A DNA stretch of 64,000 nucleotides from the human T2T-CHM13v2.0 reference genome, Homo sapiens. Position numbers and translations under genes: made by a program. Positions 39,149 through 53,541 of this stretch are shown here, piece by piece (position 1 is the stretch's first letter; every line of letters begins with the position of its first letter). The notes beneath the pieces are model-generated. The model was not told the origin of the DNA. It saw nothing but the letters and a program-made list of their open reading frames with translations, and searched no databases. Where the stretch lies: NCBI RefSeq assembly GCF_009914755.1, contig NC_060927.1. One strand, given 5' to 3'.

Positions 39149-40000
39149 TAAGTTTGTCTTGTTTATTCTCAAAATTTTACCGCTTAACGTTGTGTGTTCA
39201 TCAGTACCAGTTTCTAAGGAGCTGTAAAGTATTCTGTCATCCTTTTCTTTCTAACCTAATGTGCTTGGAGGATGGAGGATCTCTTCCTATATTAAGACAT
39301 TTTATAAGTTGTAGTCTCCAAATACTTGTTTTATACTATGCCCATAAAATCTTTACACTTTTAAGAGTTATTTCGTGTGAATCAGTTTATTTTTCTGAAA
39401 TATCTAGTTTATCTCTAGGCTTAACTTTTACATAAAATTTTATATAAAATCAGAATTGTTAATTGATGGACATGTAAGTGACTTATCATCATTGCTTTAC
39501 TTGTATGCCAGTGAATGATTAGACCACTTTCTTCAGTTTTTAAAAAATTAACACTTTTCTTCTAAGGAGAGCTTTCTTAGGCATTTCAAAGAACTTTCGA
39601 AAAAGTGTGTGCTGGTATTGTTACTATCAGCACATTGGTGAACTTATTTACCAATAAATCAAGTCTTACTATTCCCCACCCAACTAAACCACATGTGCTA
39701 AATTGAATTGAAACAATTATTTAACTTAAATCTCATATAAGTAAGCAGAGTTTATATGTAGCAAAACTGCAGTAAATCATGGCATATACATTCTGTAGTC
39801 AAGGTCCAAAGATAATACAGTTCTAGCTTAACAAACATGCATTAGTAGCTTTGACTATAAATCATGACTGCATAAAACAGATAACATGACTATTTACAAG
39901 TGGCACTTAGAACTGAGAAAAGTCATTTCCAAGTGCTAATATATGTAGAGTTTACCTCAGAAACAGTATTTTCTCTCATAAAATGCAGTGGCAATTAACA

Positions 40001-41049
40001 TTTTTTTTTTTTTTTTTTTTATTATACTCTAAGTTTTAGGGTACATGTGCACATTGTGCAGGTTAGTCACATATGTATACATGTGCCATGCTGGTGCGCT
40101 GCACCCACTAATGTGTCATCTAGCATTAGGTATATCTCCCAATGCTATCCCTCCCCCCTCCCCCGACCCCACCACAGTCCCCAGAGTGTGATATTCCCCT
40201 TCCTGTGTCCATGTGATCTCATTGTTCAATTCCCACCTATGAGTGAGAATATGCGGTGTTTGGTTTTTTGTTCTTGCGATAGTTTACTGAGAATGATGGT
40301 TTCCAATTTCATCCATGTCCCTACAAAGGATATGAACTCATCATTTTTTATGGCTGCATAGTATTCCATGGTGTATATGTGCCACATTTTCTTAATCCAG
40401 TCTATCATTGTTGGACATTTGGGTTGGTTCCAAGTCTTTGCTATTGTGAATAGTGCCGCAATAAACATACGTGTGCATGTGTCTTTATAGCAGCATGATT
40501 TATACTCATTTGGGTATATACCCAGTAATGGGATGGCTGGGTCAAATGGTATTTCTAGTTCTAGATCCCTGAGGAATCGCCACACTGACTTCCACAATGG
40601 TTGAACTAGTTTACAGTCCCACCAACAGTGTAAAAGTGTTCCTATTTCTCCGCATCCTCTCCAGCACCTGTTGTTTCCTGACTTTTTAATGATTGCCATT
40701 CTAACTGGTGTGAGATGATATCTCATAGTGGTTTTGATTTGCATTTCTCTGATGGCCAGTGATGATGAGCATTTCTTCATGTGTTTTTTGGCTGCATAAA
40801 TGTCTTCTTTTGAGAAGTGTCTGTTCATGTCCTTCGCCCACTTTTTGATGGGGTTGTTTGTTTTTTTCTTGTAAATTTGTTTGAGTTCTTTGTAGATTCT
40901 GGATATTAGCCCTTTGTCAGATGAGTAGGTTGCAAAAATTTTCTCCCATGTTGTAGGTTGCCTGTTCACTCTGATGGTAGTTTCTTTTGCTGTGCAGAAG
41001 CTCTTTAGTTTAATTAGATCCCATTTGTCAATTTTGTCTTTTGTTGCCA
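40001..41049 (-). mobile_element. 5'-truncated L1HS Ta-subfamily insertion (about 1.05 kb) in OPA1 intron 7
   Basis: Pure T20 tail; Ta diagnostics ACA (GATGACACATTAG) and G (CTTAGAGTATAAT); uninterrupted ORF2 C-terminal 247 aa; perfect TSD GGCAATTAACATTTTTT at 39990 and 41050. Confidence 0.96.
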
Positions 41050-41807
41050 GGCAATTAACATTTTTTGTTTATTTTTAGGCTGGTGGGTTGGCAATTGCTT
41101 GCCATTTAATTTTTTCTAGGGATTAAGAAATGAAAGGACCCTTAAGCCATCATTTTGCTCCTGCCTTAGCATTAAAACTTATCCATAATTATTAAATGCT
41201 TGATGGTACCCCTTTTTTTCAGGCCTGTGTATTTTTTTGTTCATTCATTCATCAAATTTACATGAAGCTTGTTACACGCAATGCAAGGCACCACATTCAT
41301 TTCTGATTCTACAGCAAGAAACGATACAGGATATTTGCCCTTGCTACACTCATATTTCAGCCTGCCCAGTTGTCAGTGGATACTTAACCACCCTTACTGG
41401 TTTAACAGTCTTCCTGGTTTATCCTTTATTCAGATGCTTGCTTGCACGTGCTCTCTGTCCTCTCTCTTTCTCTCTCATGCATGCCTCAAACTTAGCAAAG
41501 AATAATTTCATTGTCAGTTGGTTACCTGACCACCTTTTTTTGCCTTTTTGGTGTTAATGGTCTTTTCTTGCATTCAGTATTAGCTCATCAGTATTAAGTA
41601 ATAATTTCCATCTTATTTAATTAGAATGTTAGGAAATCCTGAATTAATTTACTTTATTAAATCATTGTATCTAAATAAACTGAATGAGAAATGGACTTTT
41701 AATCTGTACCGTTTTAGTTTTTACGATGAAGATGTATTTATGTAATTTGAGAAAACAGTACAATGATTATGGAAAAACAATTTGAATTTATCACTTTTTT
41801 CTCTTGA

Positions 41808-42020
<213 letters not shown>

Positions 42021-42570
42021 TAAAAATTATGTGTATATATGTACACATACACATATATACATACTAGATGTAGGCATTTATATTTTTTATGTAATCTTAC
42101 ATGTTCCAAGTAATGTCTTAAGCAATATTATTTGACTATTTTAGTTCATTATAAATATTAATAAATATAAGTACATTATATTTATGAGTTACTGTATGTG
42201 TTATAAAGGAAGATATTTGGCTTTATATGTCTTAATATTAGTAATATTTAAATACTGAACAGTGGATTAAATTAGCCATATGCGTGAAATTTAAGCTAAT
42301 AGAATTGAAAATGTGTTTGTAAACAGTAAACTAGCTATGGAAAAGATTTATGGAAAGTTAATAACCTGGTTTTAGAAATACTGGTTTAAATTAGCACAAG
42401 TTTTTAAAATAAAAATTAGGCTATAAACAGTGGATCCAGTTATAGTTTTGCTGTTCCTATTTTCAATGTGCACACATGCATCAATCACCATTTTTTTACG
42501 GATTTTAAAATATTTTTTCACCTGTAGAAATTTTAAAAGACTAAAAAACTCAGAGCAGCATTACAAATAG

Positions 42571-42753
<183 letters not shown>

Positions 42754-42769
42754 TAGGCCGTCTCAGTGA

Positions 42770-45400
42770 GGTTCCTTAGGAGAGTAACTGCTTCAGTGAG
42801 ACCTGTTCATTGTGTTGAAATGAGGACTTTTAACCAAAGAAAGACTTGATACATAGTGTTTGGAATGATCCCTAGTGTGGAAATCAGTAGAAGGCACAGC
42901 CAGGAGGCCAGTGTGGCAGGAGCTGAGTGAGGGGAGAGTGGTAGGAGAGGATGACAGAGACCCAGTTGGGAGGCCTTTGGATTTTATTCTGAATAAGATA
43001 AGAGAGAAGTTAAGAGAATGAGAATATTGGAAGTGGAGTCAATGAATATAGATAATTTTCTAGTTTTATTGTGACAAAAGAGCAGAGAAATGAAGCAGTA
43101 GCAATTGAATATTGTTGAATTAAGGGAAGGTTTTTAACCCTTTTCCTGTTTAGAAAAAAAGTGCAGCTCAACACCAGTGCTCATTTAATTTTACGTAAAC
43201 ACACTCTCTGAAGCTGAAGCAAATCTGACTAATTTTCAATGTGAAAATAAAATATAAAAACTGTTCTTAGAGTTATTTCTAAACAGTACTAACATCAGAA
43301 TCGTCCCAATCATCAGAATGTCTGTTTTTTAAAAGTCAGATTTATCAAATCAATCTTCGGCCAACAACTTTTTGAGAATGATGTAAACATCACACATAGG
43401 AATTCCGCATTTTCTAGGATTTGACATTTTCAGCTATTGAAAATTACTATATTTTGTAAATGGACGTACCGCTACTAAAAACAGAATGCTTGAAATAGAA
43501 TGTCTTTTGTTTCCAAAGTCAGTACACTAGAGCTATGTGAAAATAATCATAAAAGTGAAGATATTTTATGGCAGAGTTATGTTGGGGCAAATGCTGCAGC
43601 TGCAAGCGGTGCTGGCAAATATTGTCGGAGCAAGTGGGAAAAGGATTAAAGATGTTTATATGCTGATTATAATGATCTAATAAAGGGGGGAAATGATGCA
43701 AGAGAGAGGGAAAATTGCAAGAGCAAAGTTACTGAGGTGAAGGAGATTGTGACTTGGTGTACTAGTCCATATCTGGGAGCACTGACAATTTCTCCAGGGT
43801 CACAGGAAGAAGGTATGGGGCTGCAGAGTCTTTCATTGAACAGATATTTACGGAATGCTTAATATGTACCAGTAGCATTCTAGGCAATATGTTGGTAAAC
43901 AGCAACAACAAAGAAGAACCTTGCCTTAATGGAGGGTATGTTCTAGTAGAGGGAGACAGATAATAGATAATAAATATAATACATAATTGTATAGTAGGTT
44001 AGAAGGCAATAGTGTTGTACAACAAGAAAAAGCAGAACCAGGCAAGGAGAATGAGGGTGCCAGAGTATTCATAGATTGCATTGATAAGGTGGCATTTGAA
44101 CCAAGATTTGCAGAAAGTGAGGGAGTAGTCCTGAGGATATCCTGTGTTCAGCAAGGAGAATAGCTGATGCAAAGCCTCTGAGGTGGTTGTGTGGCTGTCA
44201 TGTTCAAGGAACAACAAAGAGGCCTGTGTGGTCAGGTCGGGGTGAAGAGCTAGCCATGGTCGGGGCAAATGATGACATTAGAGGAATAATGAAGAGCGGG
44301 GAGGAACAGATCAATAAGGCCTTATAGGCCATTGTACAGACTTCCGTTTTAAGTAAAATGGAAAGCCAGTGCAGGATTTCGAGCAAAGTAACAAAAGTGC
44401 CTTTTAAAAGGCTGCTCTTTTGAAAATAGTTGTAGCCAAGATGTAGAACCAGGGAGTCTAGGCTACTGGAGTATCCAGGTGATACTTGGGCTAGGGAAGT
44501 AGCAGTGAAACTGGTAAGAAATGGATAGATTATAAATGTGTTTTGAAAGTAGAATTAACAGGATTTCTTGACAGGTTTGATATGGAGAGGGGAGAGAAGA
44601 AAAGCAATGGGGAGAGAGAGAGAGAGTGTCAATCATCAATGATGCCTCCAGGGTCTTTAGCCTGAACAAATTGAAGGATGTAGTTTGCATGGAAGTCTGT
44701 CAGTGGATCAGGTTTGGGGGAAGAAGATCAGGAGTTCAGTTTTGGACTTGCTGAGTGGTGATAACAAGCAGTTGGGTATACAAGTTTAGACAGAGGTGTG
44801 GGCCAGAGACATACATTTAGGAGTCATGATCAACTATCTAAAAGTAGTATTTAAAGTCATGATCTTACTGGAGAAGATCTTCAAGGGAGTGAGTAGAGAT
44901 AGAGAAAACACAGAAGCAAGCAGTATATTCTGGGCACTCTGAACATTAAGATGTTGAGGGAAGAGAAAATAACAAAGGAATGTGTGAAGGCCCAACCAGT
45001 ATAGTAAGAGGGAAAGCAGAGCAGGACAGTGTGCGCAAAGTCAGGTAAACAAAAAGAAAACATGGAGGAGGAGGGAGTGCTCAGTGAGGTCACATGCTGC
45101 TGATCCATCAAGGAAGGTGAACATAGAAACCAGTCGTTGAGTTCACCAGTGGAGGCAAGAAAGGGGAACGTGTGGAAGTTTCCTTCTGATTGCTTCCGCT
45201 TACTCAGTGAAATACTAAGCCAGATGATCAGCTGTTAATTAGAAAGGAGAAGAGATTAAAGACTGAGGCAGGAAGAAAAAGTGAAGTCTGTTAACAGATC
45301 GTGGTGACTCTAGGAGTGAATCAGTGGAGAAAGTCAAGTGATATTAGGATTACTGAGGTGGACTGAAGTCCCTTTAAGTTCTGTGGACATAAATTTTAAA
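42770..45400 (-). mobile_element. Fragmented L2 LINE(s), boundaries approximate
   Basis: gaggccagtgtggcaggagctgagtga; cattgaacagatatttac; aggagttcagttttggac; purine-rich decayed L2 signature. Confidence 0.65.
43138..43645 (-). mobile_element. MER75 non-autonomous piggyBac element
   Basis: TTAA|CCCTTTTCC...GGGAAAAGGA|TTAA: terminal inverted repeats with TTAA TSDs; body matches my recall of MER75. Confidence 0.88.
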
Positions 45401-46454
45401 TGAATCATTATGATTGTGTTTTGTTTTTTTCATGTTTAGCTGGTGGGGGGTAGGTGTAGAATAATTGGAAGATTGAAATTACCAAGAATTATGGCAAGAA
45501 TAGTGGGAGAAAGACAGTGAGGCTGATGCTGAAATCTTCAAGAAATGAAATCTGTTTACAAATGCAACAGGGTATGGGCAGCCTAGTGTGATTCATCTAG
45601 ATTGCACTTTTGTGGGTCTAGCTATGGATTGAATCGTGTTATGTGTTACTAGTTCTGTGTGTGGTACTGTGTGACTGTACCAGACTTTACATATCCATTT
45701 TACTACCGATGGGAATTTGGGGTACATCTAACCTAGAGAAAAAAACAAAATGAACCTCAGACTACACCTCATATCCTGTTCAATAATCAGTTGTAAAAAC
45801 ATGGGAGAGAAACCTACCTTTTACATTGTTACTAGCATCCTAATTGTAGAAGCTGTGGATGATACTTCAAGAAGAAATTAATTTTGTTTTGGCAGGCAGG
45901 GTGTGGACAGGTTTCCTTGAAACAGATGAGGCTGGTCTCTTTCCGGTTTGTCATTAGTCCCTTAGTGTTTACTAGAGCTTCTCCTTGACCAACCCTGAAT
46001 TCCAGTTTTTTGTTTCCCTAGAGCAGTGAAAGTGCCAAAACCCCAGCTTAGCATTTTAACCTCCTTAGCAGCTTCTTTCTGCCTGGTTTCCTAATATGTG
46101 AATGCCGTGAAAGGAAATTGTGCGCAGGATGTAGGGTTTTGTTTTGGAGGTTTATTTCTGCAGTTCATTTTTCTTTGGGATTGTGGCACCTTAAGACGTG
46201 ACTACTTAATAACTCGGAATTCCAATCTTGTCTACTCAACCCAGTGAAACTGCTACACATTTTAAGTTTTTCTCTTGGGCCTTTGCCCTGTGCTACAAAT
46301 CAGCAAATCCTCTGATGGAAAATAGCTAAACAGCTTTCCAACAGCTGTTTATTGTTTTTAAATTTAGCCTGTTTAGCTAATCTCAGTAGAAGGAATTGTA
46401 TTTTTAAAGTAAAATAACTATAGAGAAGCTAGAAAGGTGTCAATTAGGCGTTTA

Positions 46455-46866
<412 letters not shown>

Positions 46867-47438
46867 TTATCATCAGTTCCATTCTCTTCTGTGGCACCCT
46901 AGGTTTTGTCACTCTCTTCTATTATGTCTGTGTATATTTCTCCCAGCATGTGATGAGGTCTAAAACTGGGACAGTCAGCTCTGTGTTTCCCCACCTACAA
47001 CACCTGACACATAGTTCACTCTCTATAGAGGTTGAATGAATGAATTGTCCTTTACCTAAATTCATCTTTGAGGTTAAATGCAAGGTTTCCTTTTAGTGTT
47101 TCAAGTTTTAGAGAGATGATTTTGGGCTTAGTGCTGTGTATAGCATTGACTGGGGAAAGAAAGAGGCAGCAGCATTTTAGGTCATAAGCGATATAAAGGA
47201 ACCAGCATTCTTGTTGGGAAATCACAACATATATGACATATATACAAACAATACAAATACAAAATTATTGTCTTGTCAGAACTACCATGTTGACAGCTTC
47301 AGGGGGTGCCCCAGCAGTAGTGTGAAGGGACTCTTGGATTTGTGCAATGCAGTAGCCCTGTCTAGACCACATACGGGCTGTGGGAATTAATATTACTTAT
47401 AAATACATCATTACCTCTCAGTTTTCTGTTACTATCAG

Positions 47439-47519
47439 GTGACTCTGAGTGAAGGTCCTCACCATGTGGCCCTATTTAAAGATAGTTCTCGGGAGTTTGA
47501 TCTTACCAAAGAAGAAGAT
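47439..47519 (+). CDS. OPA1: OPA1 exon 10 (81 bp)
   Basis: atcAG|GTGACTCTG...GAAGAT|GTaagt; [27 protein letters not shown]. Confidence 0.97.
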
Positions 47520-47648
47520 GTAAGTAAAATTCATCTAAGGTTGATATGTGTAATTTTATAACCTGGATGAGCTTATAAAAGACAGTTAAAGAATATTTGT
47601 GAATTAAGATTTTCTTAGATTTTCTTAGGATTTTGTGTTTTCCATTAG

Positions 47649-47783
<135 letters not shown>

Positions 47784-48046
47784 TAAATCAAAATCTAGGT
47801 ATTGATGTTTAGATTGCTGCTATCTAGATATGTAGAGCTTTTAAAAAAAAATCCAAATAATATATCATTTTGTGGGTAATTTTCCAGAATAATTACTTTT
47901 AGGATCAGAGAAAGAATACCATTTTTGTGAGCGTCTTATCTGAATGGATGAGATATAGAATTTTTAGAATACATTTCACCAAAAAAAATTCTTGACAAAT
48001 TCCCCCCAAACTTTAGCATTGTTTTATTTTTATTTTTCCTGAGTAG

Positions 48047-48330
<284 letters not shown>

Positions 48331-48648
48331 TGATATGTTTTCTTCTTTAGCAATCCAAGCTTTGCATTAAATAGTTTGTGTTATGTAAACATACAAGATA
48401 AATGCATTTTTGCCTTCTCTTCGTATTCATTTTATTAGTAAATTAAATTGAAGTTGAAATTATTTTGATAAGTTTTACATAAGCATCATTGAAATTTTTA
48501 TTGGCTAGGATTTCTTTTTAGTAAATAACGTAAATGTATTAAAATCTTTCTTGCTATAATGTAGACACAGGGGTATAATTTGTACTGAGTTTTAAAAGTC
48601 TACTTTACATCTTAAAATTCCACAGTGTCATTTTTTTATTTTTTTCAG

Positions 48649-48779
48649 ATGGATCTGTGGATGCTGAACGCAGTATTGTTACAGACTTGGTCAGTCAAAT
48701 GGACCCTCATGGAAGGAGAACCATATTCGTTTTGACCAAAGTAGACCTGGCAGAGAAAAATGTAGCCAGTCCAAGCAGG
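48649..48779 (+). CDS. OPA1: OPA1 exon 14 (131 bp; G4 TKVD)
   Basis: tttcAG|ATGGATCTG...AGCAGG|GTgagg; [43 protein letters not shown]. Confidence 0.97.
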
Positions 48780-48884
48780 GTGAGGTCAAATTCTTTGTTG
48801 CGAGAATAGATTCTTTGTAAAAGCTCCAGCTGTGATAGGGATTTGTTATTTAAAAAAACAACAACAACAACAAAAAAACACCTT

Positions 48885-49303
48885 ACAACTAAGATTTATT
48901 ACAATGAAAGGATAAAGCAAAATCACAAAAGGAAATGGTACATGGTATGAAGTCTGAAGGAAACCAGGCTCACGTTTTTCCACTAGTTCATTCCCAGTAG
49001 ACTCTACTGGGCACATTTAATTCCTCCAGCAACAAGCTGCTTGTTAGAGACTCAGCTCCTAAGGTTTTCATCGAAGGTTAGTCATTTCGGCACCCTCATG
49101 TACCAAAATTATTTCATACTCCCAAAAGGAAAGCATATGTTATAATTAAACCACATTACTTCAGTAGTGAGCCACTGTTATATAAGGAAAGGTTTATATC
49201 AGTGTAGGGAACTGTTTACCAGTTAAGTTTTCAGATACCAGCCAAAGACAGGCAGGCCTTTTTAAGGACAGTAGTCTCAGGCCTGCTGTGTTAACCCTTT
49301 TCT
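48885..49303. mobile_element. LTR fragment, MER21-like
   Basis: aagatttattacaatgaaaggata...agtctcaggcctgctgtgttaacccttttct resembles MER21; family from recall only. Confidence 0.5.
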
Positions 49304-50226
49304 AGGTAGCCACCATAACCTCTGCTCTGCTTTCTTTTTAAGGGTAAGGCCTGCCGTGGCATTAATGGTTCTGATATGGAGAAGGGGAGAAGTGAGGTAG
49401 AAACAAATTTCTGTGGCCTCCTCCCCATCTTTCTTCATTCCTTTCATTTCTTTCAACTCTAGGATAGTGAGTTTATATTTCTTCTGAGATGCAACTGAAG
49501 CTTATTTCAGTCCTTTTTGTATAAAAGATTCAGCATTAGCTTAGGTGTAATTTGTCTTAAAGGAGGGATTCTCATCCCATTATTAATCTGAATGGGCTTC
49601 AGGGGGTAGAAACTCTAACATATGTGAAAGGTCTCTATGCAAATATGCATTTTTCTGGGTACATAGTCTTTTTTTTTTTTTAATCACATTTAGAAATGGA
49701 TTTTTGATCCTAAAAGAGTTGAGAAGCAGTGGATCCAAATATTAAAGAAGAAGGTGGGAGGGGAGGAAGGAGTAAAAGAAGACAATCCAGCTTGGTTAGA
49801 ATTTAGATATTTGAAGAAAGTATGGAAAAATAATAATAGCTACCATTTATTGAGTGCTTCATGCCTGGCACTGTATCATATTGTCCCATAATCTCACCAA
49901 CCTTTTTGAAAAAATTAAGTTGTTTACTTAAGGTCGCATAACTACTAGGCAGCAGAGCAGGAATTCAAACTAAGGTCTGTCTGACTTTAAAGAACTACAC
50001 ATCATTCCGGGTTTTCGATACGTGTGTTTTAATAATACATTTTCAATATAGTAAAATTAAATGTATTTTTTTCAAATAGCAATGGAAAAACATTTTAAAT
50101 GCTTTTGTGCAGATTTATTTAACTATATACATGTATAGCATTATTTTGCTTTCTAAATTGTATATTACGCTTTTAAAACTTATGTAAACTATATCTCACA
50201 TTAATTTTTCCCACTTTTAAAAATAG

Positions 50227-50331
<105 letters not shown>

Positions 50332-50376
50332 TAGTTTCTGTTGTTTTCAAATAATAAAGAGTAATTTTCTTGATGA

Positions 50377-50475
<99 letters not shown>

Positions 50476-51044
50476 TAGGTATCTTGTTAAAACATTTAAA
50501 CATTTTACAGTAAGAGAGTAGCTTAAATTGAACTGTTTTCACTTAAAACATCAGGTTTTATAACTATTAGTTTAACATCGGATTTCTAGAATTTTTCCCA
50601 AATAGTGAACTGTATCTAATAAACAAGTCCTTAGCTACTTTTTGGCAGAATTGAGAGCAGTTTATCACATGGTACAATACATACTGGCATGCTTCCTTGG
50701 ACGTGGGCACTGAAAGACAACATAGATATCTGCCTCTTGCTTTTACTTATAAAGTGGTTTTAGAAAATCGACGCTTTCACTTTTAAACGTGTACATATTT
50801 CTCTTACAGTATTGGGGAAGATTGGAGTGGGGTTGTCGAAGAAGTATCCCTAGATATATATTGACAGGAGATAAGATAAGCAAAAAGAGCTAAAGGCCAG
50901 TTGTATTACTGTATACTAAAACTTTATATGTTGAGTTTCTGGAAATAGAAAAGTATGTTTGTTCCTAGGTTAGTACGGTAAGTCAAGATAGTTCTTGCAA
51001 ACCATAATCTTACGTGCTTTGGGGAGTGCACTGACAACATATAG

Positions 51045-51622
<578 letters not shown>

Positions 51623-51711
51623 GTATGAAAGGTAAGAGTGGCTGTTAGCAAGCACATTCGCAGACTTGGTGGTAGTATTGTTGTCCTTTTTGTCATTTTA
51701 ATATACTTTAG

Positions 51712-51882
<171 letters not shown>

Positions 51883-52720
51883 TAAGACATTTTATTAGCT
51901 GGCAATCTTTGGCATCCATACGATTCTGTACTTCTTTCCTTTAACAGTTGCTTGGTAGTTCATTTACAATTAGACAGTATCTGGAAAATAGAAGAATACA
52001 AACCTTCAGTTGTTATACAAGAACAAGATTTTTCCTTTCAGAGGAAACATCTCTAGAAACACATTTGCAGAGTTCAAACAGATGAGAACATTTGCTAGTG
52101 CTTGGAAGTACACAATAAACTATAGAGAATTCTAGATTCACCCTGTTGAGGATGAAGGAGCAGATGTGTTGGGAAGCAGAGCCCTCTGAACTTCCTTTAC
52201 TTGGCACCATTTCCTGAATCCCACACTTTCCTGCTCAGTGTCTTTTATCGGAAGAGAATATATTTGCTTTCTCTTTTCCCATATGTAAATCCTACCTGAT
52301 CCTACCTATTTATGCCAGTTAGTCCCTCTGCAATCTTGTATTACTTTCATTTCCATTTTACAGAAGAGGAAACAGAAGACAGTTACTTACCCAAATAACT
52401 TATCCTATTACCCAGTGTCACACAGCATGGGTAATAGGCCCAGGATTTGGCTGTTGGTGGTACAACTGCAGAGTCCATTCTCTCAGCAGCTCTATGGTAC
52501 TAAACTACTTCAGCTGTGTGCTAATGGATTTAACATGGAGAAACTAGAATCAGGGAGAATAGTTTTGAAAGCTATTGCAAAAATGAAATTCTGAGACGTT
52601 GAGATCCCAGAGTACTAAGGGGTCATAGGCGCACTCTCAGAAATTCAGTTAATACAGAGGATATGTATTTTAACCACTTTAACCACTACATCTGGAAAGA
52701 AGGAGGGTCATCAAACTTGA

Positions 52721-52840
<120 letters not shown>

Positions 52841-53464
52841 TAATTTAATGTTGTGTGCTAACTAAATTTATGTTGAGAGAAAAATCTGATAAGCTAAAGT
52901 ACTTTGGTTTTGACTATAACTACTAATTTGTAAGAATACATCTCTAGGAGCAGTTATCTCTTTCAGTAATTTAAATTATTTATTATATAACATTAAAAAT
53001 GGATTATAAGATGTCAAAACAAGTGTTGAAAGTGTTTTCTGAGAAGGTAATGAATGTGCTTTAAAGGTTTTGTAGAATTCGTGTATTCCTGTAATTTAGT
53101 GGGAATTAAACATTGTTTTTCCTTGATTTTAAAATCCCCATTAGTTAATAAAACACAGCATTAATATATAGTTACTGATGTACTAAATTAATATGTATTG
53201 ATGCTTTCACATAACGTGAACAAGTGTTATGTGAAAAACTGCATTCAAACTTGAGAAGGTAGATATTTATGTCAGTTTCTTTGTCCTTATCTGCATAATG
53301 GCATTCCTAAAAAAAAACACTAGAAGTGCATTTTTGCTAGTCATGTATAATTAAACCCAAATTCAGCCTAGTCAAAAACCTCCCTTTGGTTATCTCTGAA
53401 AATCATGACAGGGTAAATTTACTGTCTTATGGAAATCTTACTTACTTGTATTTATATTGCCTAG

Positions 53465-53541
53465 AATGAACTATTTGAAAAAGCTAAAAATGAAATCCTT
53501 GATGAAGTTATCAGTCTGAGCCAGGTTACACCAAAACATTG
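53465..53541 (+). CDS. OPA1: OPA1 exon 19 (77 bp)
   Basis: gcctAG|AATGAACTA...AAACATTG|GTaagt; NELFEKAKNEILDEVISLSQVTPKH. Confidence 0.97.

Noticed and set aside
45640-46450. Unique-looking intron 9 segment considered as a hidden exon or retrocopy
   Set aside because: No sustained ORF, polyA/TSD or recognisable homology, so I cannot support a call.
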